From an uncultured Chloroflexia bacterium (GTDB taxonomy: Bacteria; Chloroflexota; Ktedonobacteria; Ktedonobacterales; JADMIN01), in the NCBI GenBank assembly GCA_963718915.1, contig CAVRAI010000004.1, positions 330,001 through 362,000 of the forward strand: a DNA stretch of 32,000 nt, given 5' to 3'. Positions 22,615 to 31,594 of the stretch are shown here, piece after piece. Made by a program: the position numbers and the translations under genes. How positions within the stretch are numbered: the first letter of the stretch is position 1; every line of letters begins with the position of its first letter. Under the pieces are notes generated by a model. That model saw only the letters and a list, made by a program, of their open reading frames with translations, did not search any database and was not told where the DNA came from.

Positions 22615-24152
22615 GTAGCGCCGTGGGCAAATACCATATCTGGACCGTGGGCTGCCAGATGAACATGGCCGATACGCAGCGCGTCTCTGGCATCCTCGAA
22701 AATCTCGGTTGGGAAGAGTCGCCGACGATGGATGGCGCGAACCTTGTCGTGCTCAACACGTGCAGCGTACGCGAGCAACCTGAGAAGCGCGCCCATGGGC
22801 AACTCTCGCTGCTGAAACACGCCAAACGCCACCGCGCTGATCTGCTGGTCGCGATGATGGGCTGTATGGTCGGCAATTCACGCCAGGTCGAGGACATGAA
22901 GCAGCGCTATCCGGTCGTTGATCTCTTCTTCAAGGTCGAGCAGGCTGAAATCCTGCCGCATTTTCTGGACGAGCGCTGGACGCCGCTGGCGGGCGAGGGC
23001 TGTGTGGATGTGGCCGATATGGGCGCTCCGCGTACCATTGGCGTCTCTGGGCCGCTGCCCATGCTCCAGATTGAGCAGGGACTGCCCGACGCCCCGATGG
23101 AGATCCCGGTCGCTGATGGGCATGCCGCGGGAGGCGCGGCAGGCGCGATGGCTAGCAACTTTCGTCCTGGCTCGCGCGAACTGCACTATCCCACCGCTGG
23201 TGAGACCGGCGTGAAGACGCGCACCCCGACGGCATGGCTTCCGGTCATCCTGGGCTGCAACAAGGTGTGCTCGTACTGCATCGTGCCCTCGCGTCGTGGC
23301 CGCGAACGAAGCCGTCCGGTGGCTGAGCTGCTCGACGAGGCGCGCATGCTGACTGAGGCTGGCGCGCGCGAGCTGACGTTGCTGGGCCAGACGGTGGAGG
23401 CCTACGGGCTGGATCTGCCGGGCGAGGGCGACCTGGGCGACCTGATGGAGCGGTTAAGTGAGATCGAAGCCTTGCAGCGTATTCGCTTCATGACCTCCTA
23501 TCCGCCCCATATGACCGACAAGATGATCCACCAGATGGCGGCGGCGCCCAAAGTCTGCGAGCATGTCAATATTCCGGTGCAGCATGGGGACGACGGGATG
23601 CTGACGCGCATGCGCCGGGGCTATACGCTGGCGGAGTATCGCACGCTGATTGGCAAACTACGCGCGTGGTGGCCGGGTGTCTCGCTCTCCACCGATATCA
23701 TTGTTGGCTTTTGTGGCGAGACCGATGAGGAGTTCCAGCATACCCTTAACCTGCTTGATGAGGTTCGCTTTGATGTGGTGCATGTCGCGATGTATTCACC
23801 GCGTCCTGGCACGCTCTCCTTCAAGTGGGAGGATGATGTGTCGCTGGAAGTGAAGCGCGCTCGGCTGCACGCCATCGAGGAGATGCAGGAACGGATCGCG
23901 CTGGAATCGAACGCGCCATATATGGGTCGCGACGAAGAGGTGTTGATCGAATCGCATCAGGTGGCGGGTGGTCAGCACCAATGGCGTGGCCGGACACGTA
24001 CGAATAAGCTGGTATTCCTGCCCGCGACCAGGCCCAGCGCGCACACGGATGAAGGCGGCGTGGCAGGTGATGTGAAGCCGGGCGCCATGGTGATGGTTCA
24101 TATTGATCGCGCAACGGCATGGTCATTGCAAGGGCATCGCGCGATACAGTAG
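22611..24152 (+). CDS. miaB: tRNA-2-methylthio-N6-dimethylallyladenosine synthase (radical-SAM methylthiotransferase)
   Basis: 513 aa. The start overlaps the def stop (ATGA at 22611-22614) with GGGAGG upstream. N-terminal MTTase Cys motifs: YHIWTVGCQMN, LNTCSVRE, GCM. Radical-SAM motif: GCNKVCSYCIVPSRRGRERSRP. A C-terminal TRAM-like segment is present. The linker between the first two domains is unusually long (~residues 121-207). Confidence 0.9.
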   Translation: MSSAVGKYHIWTVGCQMNMADTQRVSGILENLGWEESPTMDGANLVVLNTCSVREQPEKRAHGQLSLLKHAKRHRADLLVAMMGCMVGNSRQVEDMKQRYPVVDLFFKVEQAEILPHFLDERWTPLAGEGCVDVADMGAPRTIGVSGPLPMLQIEQGLPDAPMEIPVADGHAAGGAAGAMASNFRPGSRELHYPTAGETGVKTRTPTAWLPVILGCNKVCSYCIVPSRRGRERSRPVAELLDEARMLTEAGARELTLLGQTVEAYGLDLPGEGDLGDLMERLSEIEALQRIRFMTSYPPHMTDKMIHQMAAAPKVCEHVNIPVQHGDDGMLTRMRRGYTLAEYRTLIGKLRAWWPGVSLSTDIIVGFCGETDEEFQHTLNLLDEVRFDVVHVAMYSPRPGTLSFKWEDDVSLEVKRARLHAIEEMQERIALESNAPYMGRDEEVLIESHQVAGGQHQWRGRTRTNKLVFLPATRPSAHTDEGGVAGDVKPGAMVMVHIDRATAWSLQGHRAIQ

Positions 24153-24230
24153 AATACCGCGTTGATATCGCATGAAACGAGGAGACCCGCGAATTGTGGG
24201 CGGATCACCTCGCAGGAGGTAATGGAGTCG

Positions 24231-25064
24231 ATGAGTCAAGCCGCGTATCAGCCGGAGGAGCGCGAGCGCAGGCGCCGTCAACTGACAGACCAGGCCGTTC
24301 AGATGGCGCGCGACAGCCGCTGGGAAGATGCCGTCACCACCAATCGAGAACTGCTGACTGTCCTTCCGCGCGATCCGAGCACCTTGAATCGTTTGGGCAA
24401 GGCGTTAAGCGAACTGGGCCAGTATAGCGAGGCTAAGCGCGCCTACACGGAGGCGCTTGAGCAGGATCCCAGCAACAATATCGCGCGGAAGAACCTGGAG
24501 CGCATTTCGTCATTGAGCGATGAAGAGCCAACCGATGGGCGTCATTCCGTTGAGCGGATTGACCCGCGTATATTCATCGAAGAGACGGGGAAGACCGGCT
24601 TTACGGCACTGTTGGATCTTGCGCCACGCGAGGTTATCAAGCGATTCTCGGCGGGCGACCAGGTCTACCTTGTGCCAGAGGGCAATATTCTTTATGTGAC
24701 AAACGCCGCCGATGAGCGACTCGGGCGCATTGAGCCGCGTCTGGCAAACCGTCTCATCAAGTTTATGCGGGGCGGCAACAAGTACGCTGCGGGCATAGCG
24801 GACCTCAGTGAGTCCGAGATTCGTCTGATCATTCGAGAGACTTTCCAGCATCCGAGTCAGTTTGGGAAAGTTAGCTTCCCGGCGCACGGCGCGAGTGAGA
24901 CGATTCGGGCATATACTAAAGATTCCATGGTACGCCGTGATGTCGATGACGACGAAGACTTTAGCGACGACAACGACTATGGCGACGACGGCGATGAGGA
25001 AGAGTCCGAGGACTCTGGTGAAGTGGAGTTCGAGGAGCCTGAGTTCATCTCACACGACGAGTAG
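24231..25064 (+). CDS. TPR-containing protein with a central conserved-looking beta-rich module and a strongly acidic C-terminal tail
   Basis: The track ORF is 24162..25064. The start is uncertain: ATG at 24231 is 11 nt after AGGAGG, and ATG at 24222 is only 2 nt after it. TPR-like region: WEDAVTTNRELLTVLPRDPSTLNRLGKALSELGQYSEAKRAYTEALEQDPSNNIARKNL. The central region (AGDQVYLVPEGNILYVTNAADERLGRIEPRLANRLIKFMRGGNKYAAGI) distantly recalls HIRAN-type modules, and I do not assert that assignment. Tail: DVDDDEDFSDDNDYGDDGDEEESEDSGEVEFEEPEF. Confidence 0.7.
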   Translation: MSQAAYQPEERERRRRQLTDQAVQMARDSRWEDAVTTNRELLTVLPRDPSTLNRLGKALSELGQYSEAKRAYTEALEQDPSNNIARKNLERISSLSDEEPTDGRHSVERIDPRIFIEETGKTGFTALLDLAPREVIKRFSAGDQVYLVPEGNILYVTNAADERLGRIEPRLANRLIKFMRGGNKYAAGIADLSESEIRLIIRETFQHPSQFGKVSFPAHGASETIRAYTKDSMVRRDVDDDEDFSDDNDYGDDGDEEESEDSGEVEFEEPEFISHDE

Positions 25065-25129
25065 CGCCACGCATCACCGCGAGTTGCGGTGGGATAGTAT
25101 ATGGGTCCTAAGAAAGGGAAACAGTAACT

Positions 25130-25249
25130 GTGAATAAGACCAAGCGAGTAGCCTGGCACAAACATCTGAAGAAGGCAAAGAAGCATAGCGAAAAAGCACG
25201 CACGCAGGCGGCACAGGCCAGCCAGCGCCAGACCACTCCGCGCCGGTAA
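25130..25249 (+). CDS. Possible 39-aa highly basic small protein
   Basis: Below the track's length cutoff. GTG at 25130 translates as (M)NKTKRVAWHKHLKKAKKHSEKARTQAAQASQRQTTPRR*, with 14 K/R in 39 aa. A weak RBS-like AAAGGGAA lies ~10 nt upstream. It sits between two same-strand genes. There is no homology evidence. Confidence 0.3.
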   Translation: MNKTKRVAWHKHLKKAKKHSEKARTQAAQASQRQTTPRR

Positions 25250-25345
25250 TCCTATGACAGCGATTGCGCCATCCACACGGTTGCGGACTGGTGGGTGGCG
25301 CATCGTCGTTTTCCGCAGCCAGTTTGAGAAGGCGAGCGTGCGCAC

Positions 25346-26638
25346 ATGAATCGTCGTGAACCTGTCACCGTGCGCGAGATGCTGAATCTCTTGCGACGCT
25401 GGCGGGCGCAGCTCATCGCGGGAGAACGCGGTCTAGGGCGAACCGTCACCTGGGCCAGCATCATGCGCGCGCGGACCCCGGCGTTCGAAGGCTTCCAGGG
25501 GGGCGAGCTAGCGCTGCTCTCGCTGACAACGCTCCATTCGCTACGCTCGCAGTTGGTCGCGCCATCGCTGCCCGAGGTCGTGGATGAAGTCATCGCGATG
25601 GGCGCGTCGGCCATTGCCGTCGCCGGGCTGGAAGATCAGGCGCTCTCAAGCACGGATGACTCGCGGGAGCGCGACGAAGCATGCCAGCGCGCCGAACGGA
25701 TGGGCGTCCCATTGATAGCGCTTCCCATCGGCGTCTCGCTGGCGGCAATCGAGCGAGAGGTGATTACGCATGTTGTGGCGCAACGTGACACGCCACAATC
25801 CCCGGCGGATACATTCGCCGCAGTTGCCGGATGGCGGGCGAGCCTGCGCGACGAGGCGCTGGACGCGTTGCTGACCGGCACATATGCTGGCGAGGCTTCG
25901 ATGCTCTCACGGGCAAGTCAGCTAGGCCACGATCTGCGGCTGCCGCATGTAGTTATCTGGGTGATGCTCGCGCCGTTCGCCGGAGACGGAGAAGTCTCGA
26001 ACGGCGGCATGCCACTCATCGCGCGAGCAGCCGAAGCGCTTGGGGGCGCGCTCACCGCGTGGACACGAGTGCGGACGGGTGAGATCGTTGCGCTGGTAGC
26101 GGTCACTGGAGGTGGGGCGTCAGAGCGAACTGACCTGACAGAGCAGGGCGAGGCAGCGTTGCAGCGGAACCTTGGCGATGGGGGTAGCGCAGATTCGCCG
26201 ACGTGGTGGGCAGGCATGGGCGAGGTGGCGCGCTCGCCGCTGGAAGTGCGCCGTTCGGCCGCCGAGGCGCAGGATACCGCACGCCTGGGCTTGCTGGTGG
26301 TCGGCCCAGGACATATCGCACGCTCTGCCGACCTGGGGGTGTATCGGCTGTTGCTGGCGCTCCATAAGAGCGGCGACCTCCAGCCATTTGTGGATCGCGA
26401 GCTGGCGCCGCTCCGCAATACCGCGCGCAAGGAGGATCACCTGCTGGAGACGGTCGAGGTATACCTTGCCTGTAATGGCAACCTCTCGGAAGCGGCGCGC
26501 CGCCTGCACCTCCACCGAAACTCACTGCTCTATCGGCTCCATCACATCCGCGATCTTCTCGGCCATGATCTCGAGAATCCCGAATTGCGCCTGGCGTTGC
26601 AATTGGCGCTCAAAGGGAGACGTGTGCTTGAGCAATAG
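25346..26638 (+). CDS. PucR-family transcriptional regulator
   Basis: 430 aa. N-terminal PucR/purine-catabolism-regulator-like segment: VTVREMLNLL...LIAGERGLGRTVTWASIM...GGELALLSL. C-terminal PucR HTH: LLETVEVYLACNGNLSEAARRLHLHRNSLLYRLHHIRDLLGHDLENPELRLALQLAL. Confidence 0.85.
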   Translation: MNRREPVTVREMLNLLRRWRAQLIAGERGLGRTVTWASIMRARTPAFEGFQGGELALLSLTTLHSLRSQLVAPSLPEVVDEVIAMGASAIAVAGLEDQALSSTDDSRERDEACQRAERMGVPLIALPIGVSLAAIEREVITHVVAQRDTPQSPADTFAAVAGWRASLRDEALDALLTGTYAGEASMLSRASQLGHDLRLPHVVIWVMLAPFAGDGEVSNGGMPLIARAAEALGGALTAWTRVRTGEIVALVAVTGGGASERTDLTEQGEAALQRNLGDGGSADSPTWWAGMGEVARSPLEVRRSAAEAQDTARLGLLVVGPGHIARSADLGVYRLLLALHKSGDLQPFVDRELAPLRNTARKEDHLLETVEVYLACNGNLSEAARRLHLHRNSLLYRLHHIRDLLGHDLENPELRLALQLALKGRRVLEQ

Positions 26639-26708
26639 CCAGCCTACTACACAGGACAGATCCCTCAATGCCTCCTGAATCGCCGATGAGTGTCGCACGA
26701 TGTGTGGG

Positions 26709-26990
26709 TTATCGATTCTCAGTCTTCGTGGGCGCATCTTCGAGGGTCCGCTCCAGCGCCTCAGCCTGGGCCACCAGCGCGGCAATCTCTGGAGTCCACT
26801 CGCCCGTGCGCACCCGCTCAGCCAGGCGCGCCAGCAGTTGTGCGGCGCGTTCTTTCTGGGTATTCATCGCATCGAGGCGGGCAAACAGCCGCTCCGCGCC
26901 ATCGCCAGCCTGGATGCCAGCCCGCGCCAGCAGCGAATCGGTTCCCCTGGGCCTTTGCCGCGAGGTGCGCGGCGGATGTGAGTCTGGCAT
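26709..26990 (-). CDS. Hypothetical small helical or coiled-coil protein
   Basis: 93 aa. Of six overlapping ORFs in this stretch, it has the most protein-like sequence (ERLFARLDAMNTQKERAAQLLARLAERVRTGEWTPEIAALVAQAEALERTLEDA). Its third-position GC is high, like the confident genes. GGAAGAG lies just upstream of the ATG. I recognise no family. Confidence 0.45.
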   Translation of the reverse strand: MPDSHPPRTSRQRPRGTDSLLARAGIQAGDGAERLFARLDAMNTQKERAAQLLARLAERVRTGEWTPEIAALVAQAEALERTLEDAPTKTENR

Positions 26991-27367
26991 GCTTCTCTTC
27001 CTGTGTCAACTCTGTGCGCTGACACTGTGGTATGGCTCTGGCGGTTAAATGTTCCGCGGTGGCCTGATTTTCGGCTATTCGGTCCTGATCCGGGCAAGTG
27101 TGCTAGACTGTGTACGATTATCAGGCCGGTATCGCACATTCTGAAGAAGACTCAGGCGAAGAACCAGTATATCTATCGCATGAAGAGTTCTGTCGTACTG
27201 TGCTGAGCAGGGATAGACGATAGTTTCAGAAATTGCGCGCTATACGTTATTTCCTGGCCCCCCGCTTGAACGCCTGTTCATGCAGGCAATTGTAGAGGGG
27301 AATACCGGCGGCGTCAAGCTCCTTGGCAAGATGGGGAGCGAGGAAACTCGCAGGAGGACTGCGCAGC

Positions 27368-29179
27368 ATGCGCGGGAGTCATCAGGCATCGGTCGTGTCG
27401 AATCCATCAAAGACGATGGACACCCCATCGGAACACGCCAGCGCGTTGCTGCAGCAACTCAGCCGGTTGTCGTTGATCGTTGGCGTTGCGCTCTGGCGGC
27501 TCAGTATACCAGCCCTCCTGTTCTTCGCGGCGTTGCTTCCACGGTGGTCACTGGCGCACACGCTCGACCTCGTCACCGATGAGAGCACATACATCCGCAT
27601 CGGGCGGTTAGACTACTCGTTGCTCATTACCGGTCACCTGTCTGACCCGAAATGGACGACCAACTACGAAGCGCCTTCACTTCCCAAGATACTCATGGGA
27701 TTCGGCTCTCTCTGGGCGCAGCAACACCGTTCCCCTGGCGATTGGTTGATCGGCGCGCGCATTCCCGGCGTCCTGCTTGGTTCGCTGTTCGTCGTGCTCA
27801 TCTACTGGCTGGCGCGTCCCATCTTCGGCAAGTTACCAGCGCTCTTTGGCGCGCTGGCGCTGGCGCTCAGCCCGTGGGTTGCCTATTTCGCTGCCATCGC
27901 TTATCTGGATAGCTACCTGCTTGGCTTTGTGACGCTTGCCATTCTGCTTACGTGGCATGCCGTACGTCATCCGTGGCTCTTCGTAGCAGTGGGGGTATTG
28001 CTGGGTTTGAGCTTCGACTCGAAGTATACTGGCTCGTTTGCCCTACTTCCCATCGCCGCCTACCTCGCGTACTACTACCTGTTCCGCGCCCATCAGCGTC
28101 CTCCAAAACGCCTGCTCTTCTTGCCTGTCATGTTGCTGGTCGCCATTTATATCGCCGACCCTGCTATCTGGGTATCACCGCTTGATCGTCTGTGGAGCGG
28201 CATCCTCTTCCAGTGGGACCACGCGGCGCGCGGGCACTCCGTCTTTCTCAATGGGCTGGTGTGGGATCATGTGCCGCCCGGTGAAGTGGTCTTCATCCTC
28301 GTGGCCAAAATGAGCCTGTTTATTTGTATTCCAGCCTTATTGGCGCTGCCATGGGCGCTTGTTCGTATCATTCGCGCGAAAGGCAATCCGAGTGGGCGCG
28401 ATGAGCGCGCGGCGTTTATCTTCTTCTGGCTCTTTGGAATGCTCCTTCCATTCGGGCTGCTCAACATTGTCGTGGGCACCCACTATATGCTCCCTCTGGC
28501 GCCAGCAATGACCTTTATTGGCGCATGGGCGCTCATTGGCATGTGTCGCTGGATTGGGCCGCGGCTGGTTAACTGGGGAGAAATCGGGCTGGCAGCCCTG
28601 CGCAGTCGCATGCGTGCAGGTGTTCGAATTCCGAAGATTGCCGCTGCTGCCGCGCCAAAATGGCTACTTACGCTGTATGGCTACCTGACGCAGCAGCGCC
28701 CGCGTCAACTCGTGGCGAAGGCGCTGATCCTCGCGGCATGTATCGCGATGGTTGTTCCGCCCCTCTCAGGGTTACTGACTGTTTCGCAGGCCGAAGGCTA
28801 TACCAGTGAATGGCTCAACGGCGAGAACAGTTCCTTGCAGGTGGCGTATCCGGCCTATGCCGATGGCACGCAGTGGGTCACCGATCATACCAAAGGGTGG
28901 GTGACGGTGACGCTGATAGGCACTCCCGGTTCACTCGACTATTGGATGCAGATGCGCCAATATCTCTACCCAGAGCGTATCCGCCTCACGCCCTCCAGTG
29001 TCGTCATGGGTCAGGCCTATGTGCCGCCGAGTGTTCCCAAGGGGAGGCCGCTCTACCTCATCTGGCCAGCCCATCTGATACAGCGCGAATTCCCGACACT
29101 GCCGCACTGGCAGAGCAAAGTGGTCGCGACCATCAAGGGCGGCGCGACGATCTACTGCTATATCATTCGCGTCCAATAA
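27368..29179 (+). CDS. GT-C fold glycosyltransferase, family 39 / PMT-ArnT-like (lipid-carrier-dependent)
   Basis: The track ORF is 27323..29179 (TTG). I prefer the ATG at 27368 (AGGAGG 10 nt upstream). More than 10 TM helices. An early extracytoplasmic loop carries an acidic DE pair (LDLVTDESTYIRIG), as in the PMT/ArnT loop-1 motif. A C-terminal soluble domain of ~130 aa follows. Confidence 0.75.
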   Translation: MRGSHQASVVSNPSKTMDTPSEHASALLQQLSRLSLIVGVALWRLSIPALLFFAALLPRWSLAHTLDLVTDESTYIRIGRLDYSLLITGHLSDPKWTTNYEAPSLPKILMGFGSLWAQQHRSPGDWLIGARIPGVLLGSLFVVLIYWLARPIFGKLPALFGALALALSPWVAYFAAIAYLDSYLLGFVTLAILLTWHAVRHPWLFVAVGVLLGLSFDSKYTGSFALLPIAAYLAYYYLFRAHQRPPKRLLFLPVMLLVAIYIADPAIWVSPLDRLWSGILFQWDHAARGHSVFLNGLVWDHVPPGEVVFILVAKMSLFICIPALLALPWALVRIIRAKGNPSGRDERAAFIFFWLFGMLLPFGLLNIVVGTHYMLPLAPAMTFIGAWALIGMCRWIGPRLVNWGEIGLAALRSRMRAGVRIPKIAAAAAPKWLLTLYGYLTQQRPRQLVAKALILAACIAMVVPPLSGLLTVSQAEGYTSEWLNGENSSLQVAYPAYADGTQWVTDHTKGWVTVTLIGTPGSLDYWMQMRQYLYPERIRLTPSSVVMGQAYVPPSVPKGRPLYLIWPAHLIQREFPTLPHWQSKVVATIKGGATIYCYIIRVQ

Positions 29180-29255
29180 TCGCACAGTTCCATCTCGTTG
29201 CCAGCAGTGGCATAATAGGTTCTCTTAATGTCACTTGGGCGAAAGGGAGAACCGC

Positions 29256-30086
29256 ATGGCTGGCAGACGTGAGCCTCCTTCGGAATCAGATGGCAATGAA
29301 GCGGAAACAGCGGGCGATCCTGAGAGCCAGGCGGACGAGCTTCACGTCGAGGTCAGCGAACTGCGACGGTCGCCCTATGAGAGCGCGGCGTTTGTGCCAT
29401 GGCGACAGCAGCGCGTGCAGCTTCCACGCCCGGTGGTGGATGTCGCCCTCACGGTGATGCTCGTTTCACTGCTGCTGATTGCGACGCCGATTGGCTCTGC
29501 TCTCGTCGCATTCGCCGCACATCCAACGCCCGCTCCCCCCGTCAGGAGCAGCGGTTCCCCTACGGCGATGTCTGCCAGGCTGGCGCCCCTGCCATTTCCC
29601 ACGCCTACGCTCAATGTCCCCGCCATCAGCACGATATCCGCCAACTGTGCGCCAGAAACGCCTCTCGTCGACTTCAGTGCGGGTGAAACCACCGCTGGCG
29701 CTGGCGGCCCGGACGTCTGGTTCATCGCCAGCAGCGCGAACCCCGGCTATGTTCAGCTACCACAAAGCAGTTACACACTGGCCGGTTGGCCCGTCCCGGT
29801 GACGGTGTTCATCAAGCATGGCTTTGCCCAGACCATCACCCTTACCGGTCATGACCTGACGACAGGCTACAACCTCTGGTTGTCTCCCGACGCCAATAAT
29901 CCTGGCTCAATCGCGGAGGCAGCTCCTCTTGCCACCATTGTTCCCGCACACGGTCTGGGCCACACCAGGGATGCTCGCTGGGATATCTGGTCTGGTATTC
30001 TCTATCTTCCTGGCACTGGCTGTTACATCGTCCAGGCCAACTGGCCCGGCAACGGCTGGTTCATCGATTTTGCCGCAGGCCGCTGA
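29256..30086 (+). CDS. Hypothetical single-pass membrane protein with a Pro/Thr/Ser linker and a beta-rich C-terminal domain
   Basis: The track ORF is 29235..30086. I prefer the ATG at 29256 (AGGGAG 6 nt upstream). Acidic cytoplasmic N-terminus. TM: VDVALTVMLVSLLLIATPIGSALVAFAA. Linker: HPTPAPPVRSSGSPT...PLPFPTPTLNVPAIS. The C-terminal domain of ~150 aa ends in ...CYIVQANWPGNGWFIDFAAGR. Confidence 0.65.
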   Translation: MAGRREPPSESDGNEAETAGDPESQADELHVEVSELRRSPYESAAFVPWRQQRVQLPRPVVDVALTVMLVSLLLIATPIGSALVAFAAHPTPAPPVRSSGSPTAMSARLAPLPFPTPTLNVPAISTISANCAPETPLVDFSAGETTAGAGGPDVWFIASSANPGYVQLPQSSYTLAGWPVPVTVFIKHGFAQTITLTGHDLTTGYNLWLSPDANNPGSIAEAAPLATIVPAHGLGHTRDARWDIWSGILYLPGTGCYIVQANWPGNGWFIDFAAGR

Positions 30087-30105
30087 CCTGGCGCCCGCAC
30101 ATTTC

Positions 30106-31152
30106 CTATGACAAGAACTCGAACGATTGCAGTATCTGCTGGAAGGTCGGTTCTATCGTCGCGAAGGTATCCACCGGGGCCAGCTCGAGCGCGTAGACGG
30201 TGTTGCCACCGTGGATGGTCGCGAGCGCTATTGCGTGCATTGGCGTGAGCTTCCCATTTTGCTGCACCGTGACATCGCCCGATTCCTGTGTCCAGGTCTG
30301 CCCCGCGATAAATACCGTTGTTGGCCCACTACGATTGGCGATTCCTGTTTTCTGCGCCAGCACTGCCAGGGCGCTGTCCGCCACCTGCTGCGCCGGAACG
30401 TCGGTCGTGGCAAACGTCCCAACATTGAAGTTTGCGCCAGCGGTGGGATTCGAGAAGATGACGAGGCGTGGTGACTGATTGTTCTGGATGGTCTGCAGCC
30501 ACCCAGTGGGATAGCCGACACTGAACACGTTGCCACTATCGGTGAAGATTTTGAGATTGCTCGCAGGGGTGGCTGTCGGCGCGGGTGTCGCGGTCGCCGA
30601 TGCGGTCGCGGTCGGTGAGGCGCTGAAGAACGGGAGTCGCCCATTCGCCAGCAGCACACCCGCGCCGCCGACGATCAGCAACAGCACAATCAGCAACAGG
30701 ATAGCAATAAGACCAGATGGGACGCGCCTGCGGCCTGTGTCTGCTGGTTTGCCGGGAGGCGCGCTCGTCCCAGCGGCAGGCGCGTCGAAGGGAAGCGCTG
30801 GCTGGGTCTGTGACTCTGTAGATGGCATGGCCTGAGCGGGTATGGTCTGGGTACGCGCAGGCGCTGGTGGCATAGGAAAGTCCGCCGTCATGTCCTCAGC
30901 GTTCGTAGTATCACCATCGTCTGAGGTGGTATCAACCTCCGCGACGCTGGCCGTTTCACTGGCTAAGTCGTGCGCTGGCATAGCTTCTGGTAAATCGCTG
31001 GGAAGGATACTCGGACGAGTCGCCGAGTCATCCTCTGCCGACGACGCCAGCACGGGCGCGGCAAGCGGCGTGCCACAGCTTGGACACGCCATCGTTGATC
31101 CAGGTGCGAGCGGCGTGCGCCGCCCGCAGAGAGTACACGCGATGTCCTGCAT
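30106..31152 (-). CDS. Zinc-ribbon single-pass membrane protein with a Thr/Ala/Pro linker and a PsbP/Mog1/DcrB-like ectodomain (tentative)
   Basis: The track ORF is 30106..31209. I prefer the ATG at 31152, MQDIACTLCGRR...ACPSCGTPL (CxxC...CxxC), with GGAG 8 nt upstream. TM: LIAILLLIVLLLIVGGAGVLLA. Linker: SPTATASATATPAPTATPAS. The ectodomain (FSVGYPTGWLQT...ANFNVGTFATTDV...VYALELAPVDTFATIEPTFQQILQSFEF) resembles PsbP-like secreted domains. Confidence 0.7.
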   Translation of the reverse strand: MQDIACTLCGRRTPLAPGSTMACPSCGTPLAAPVLASSAEDDSATRPSILPSDLPEAMPAHDLASETASVAEVDTTSDDGDTTNAEDMTADFPMPPAPARTQTIPAQAMPSTESQTQPALPFDAPAAGTSAPPGKPADTGRRRVPSGLIAILLLIVLLLIVGGAGVLLANGRLPFFSASPTATASATATPAPTATPASNLKIFTDSGNVFSVGYPTGWLQTIQNNQSPRLVIFSNPTAGANFNVGTFATTDVPAQQVADSALAVLAQKTGIANRSGPTTVFIAGQTWTQESGDVTVQQNGKLTPMHAIALATIHGGNTVYALELAPVDTFATIEPTFQQILQSFEFLS

Positions 31153-31294
31153 AGAACTGCTCCAGAAGAAGAGAGCCGGAAGGGCGCGCCAATGCGCACT
31201 TGTAGGCATACGCGAAGCAAAGCAACTCGCTCATGCGCATAGCGCGACGAGATGTACTGGCGCGCGTTCCCGGCAGTAGTGGCGTCGCGAACCG

Positions 31295-31594
31295 CTATTT
31301 CGTGTTCTTCGGCCCAATCAGGGCGTAAAGCACCGGGCCGATCCAGACGGGCAACAGAATGATCAGGGTCACCAGCCAGCCCCAGCGCTTCTCTTGAATA
31401 GAATCGAGGAACGCGACAATCCAGGCAATCGCATAGATGATAGCAGCGACTATGAAGGCGATGAGAGCCAGCCCGAAGTTACTTGCCTGTCCAAAGAAGT
31501 TGCCCTGCGTCATCAGCACGCCGATTACGGTCAGTGCGATGGAGATGATCGTGAGCAGCAGGACAGTCCACTTGCTCAATAAGGTTACTTTCAT
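31295..31594 (-). CDS. Small 3-TM membrane protein with a PLDc_N-like (cardiolipin synthase N-terminal type) C-terminal motif
   Basis: The track ORF is 31295..31666. I prefer the ATG at 31594 (MKVTLLSKW...), giving 99 aa. KRWGWLVTLIILLPVWIGPVLYALIGPK resembles the PLDc_N small-membrane-domain signature. Confidence 0.6.
   Translation of the reverse strand: MKVTLLSKWTVLLLTIISIALTVIGVLMTQGNFFGQASNFGLALIAFIVAAIIYAIAWIVAFLDSIQEKRWGWLVTLIILLPVWIGPVLYALIGPKNTK

Noticed and set aside
26640-27050. Five alternative overlapping ORFs (26668..27048, 26690..27022, 26700..26981 on plus; 26818..27009, 26522..26785 on minus)
   Set aside because: Only the minus-strand 26709..26990 frame has both a protein-like helical sequence and the high third-position GC typical of genes here. 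The others read as Arg/Pro/Ser/Ala shadow frames.
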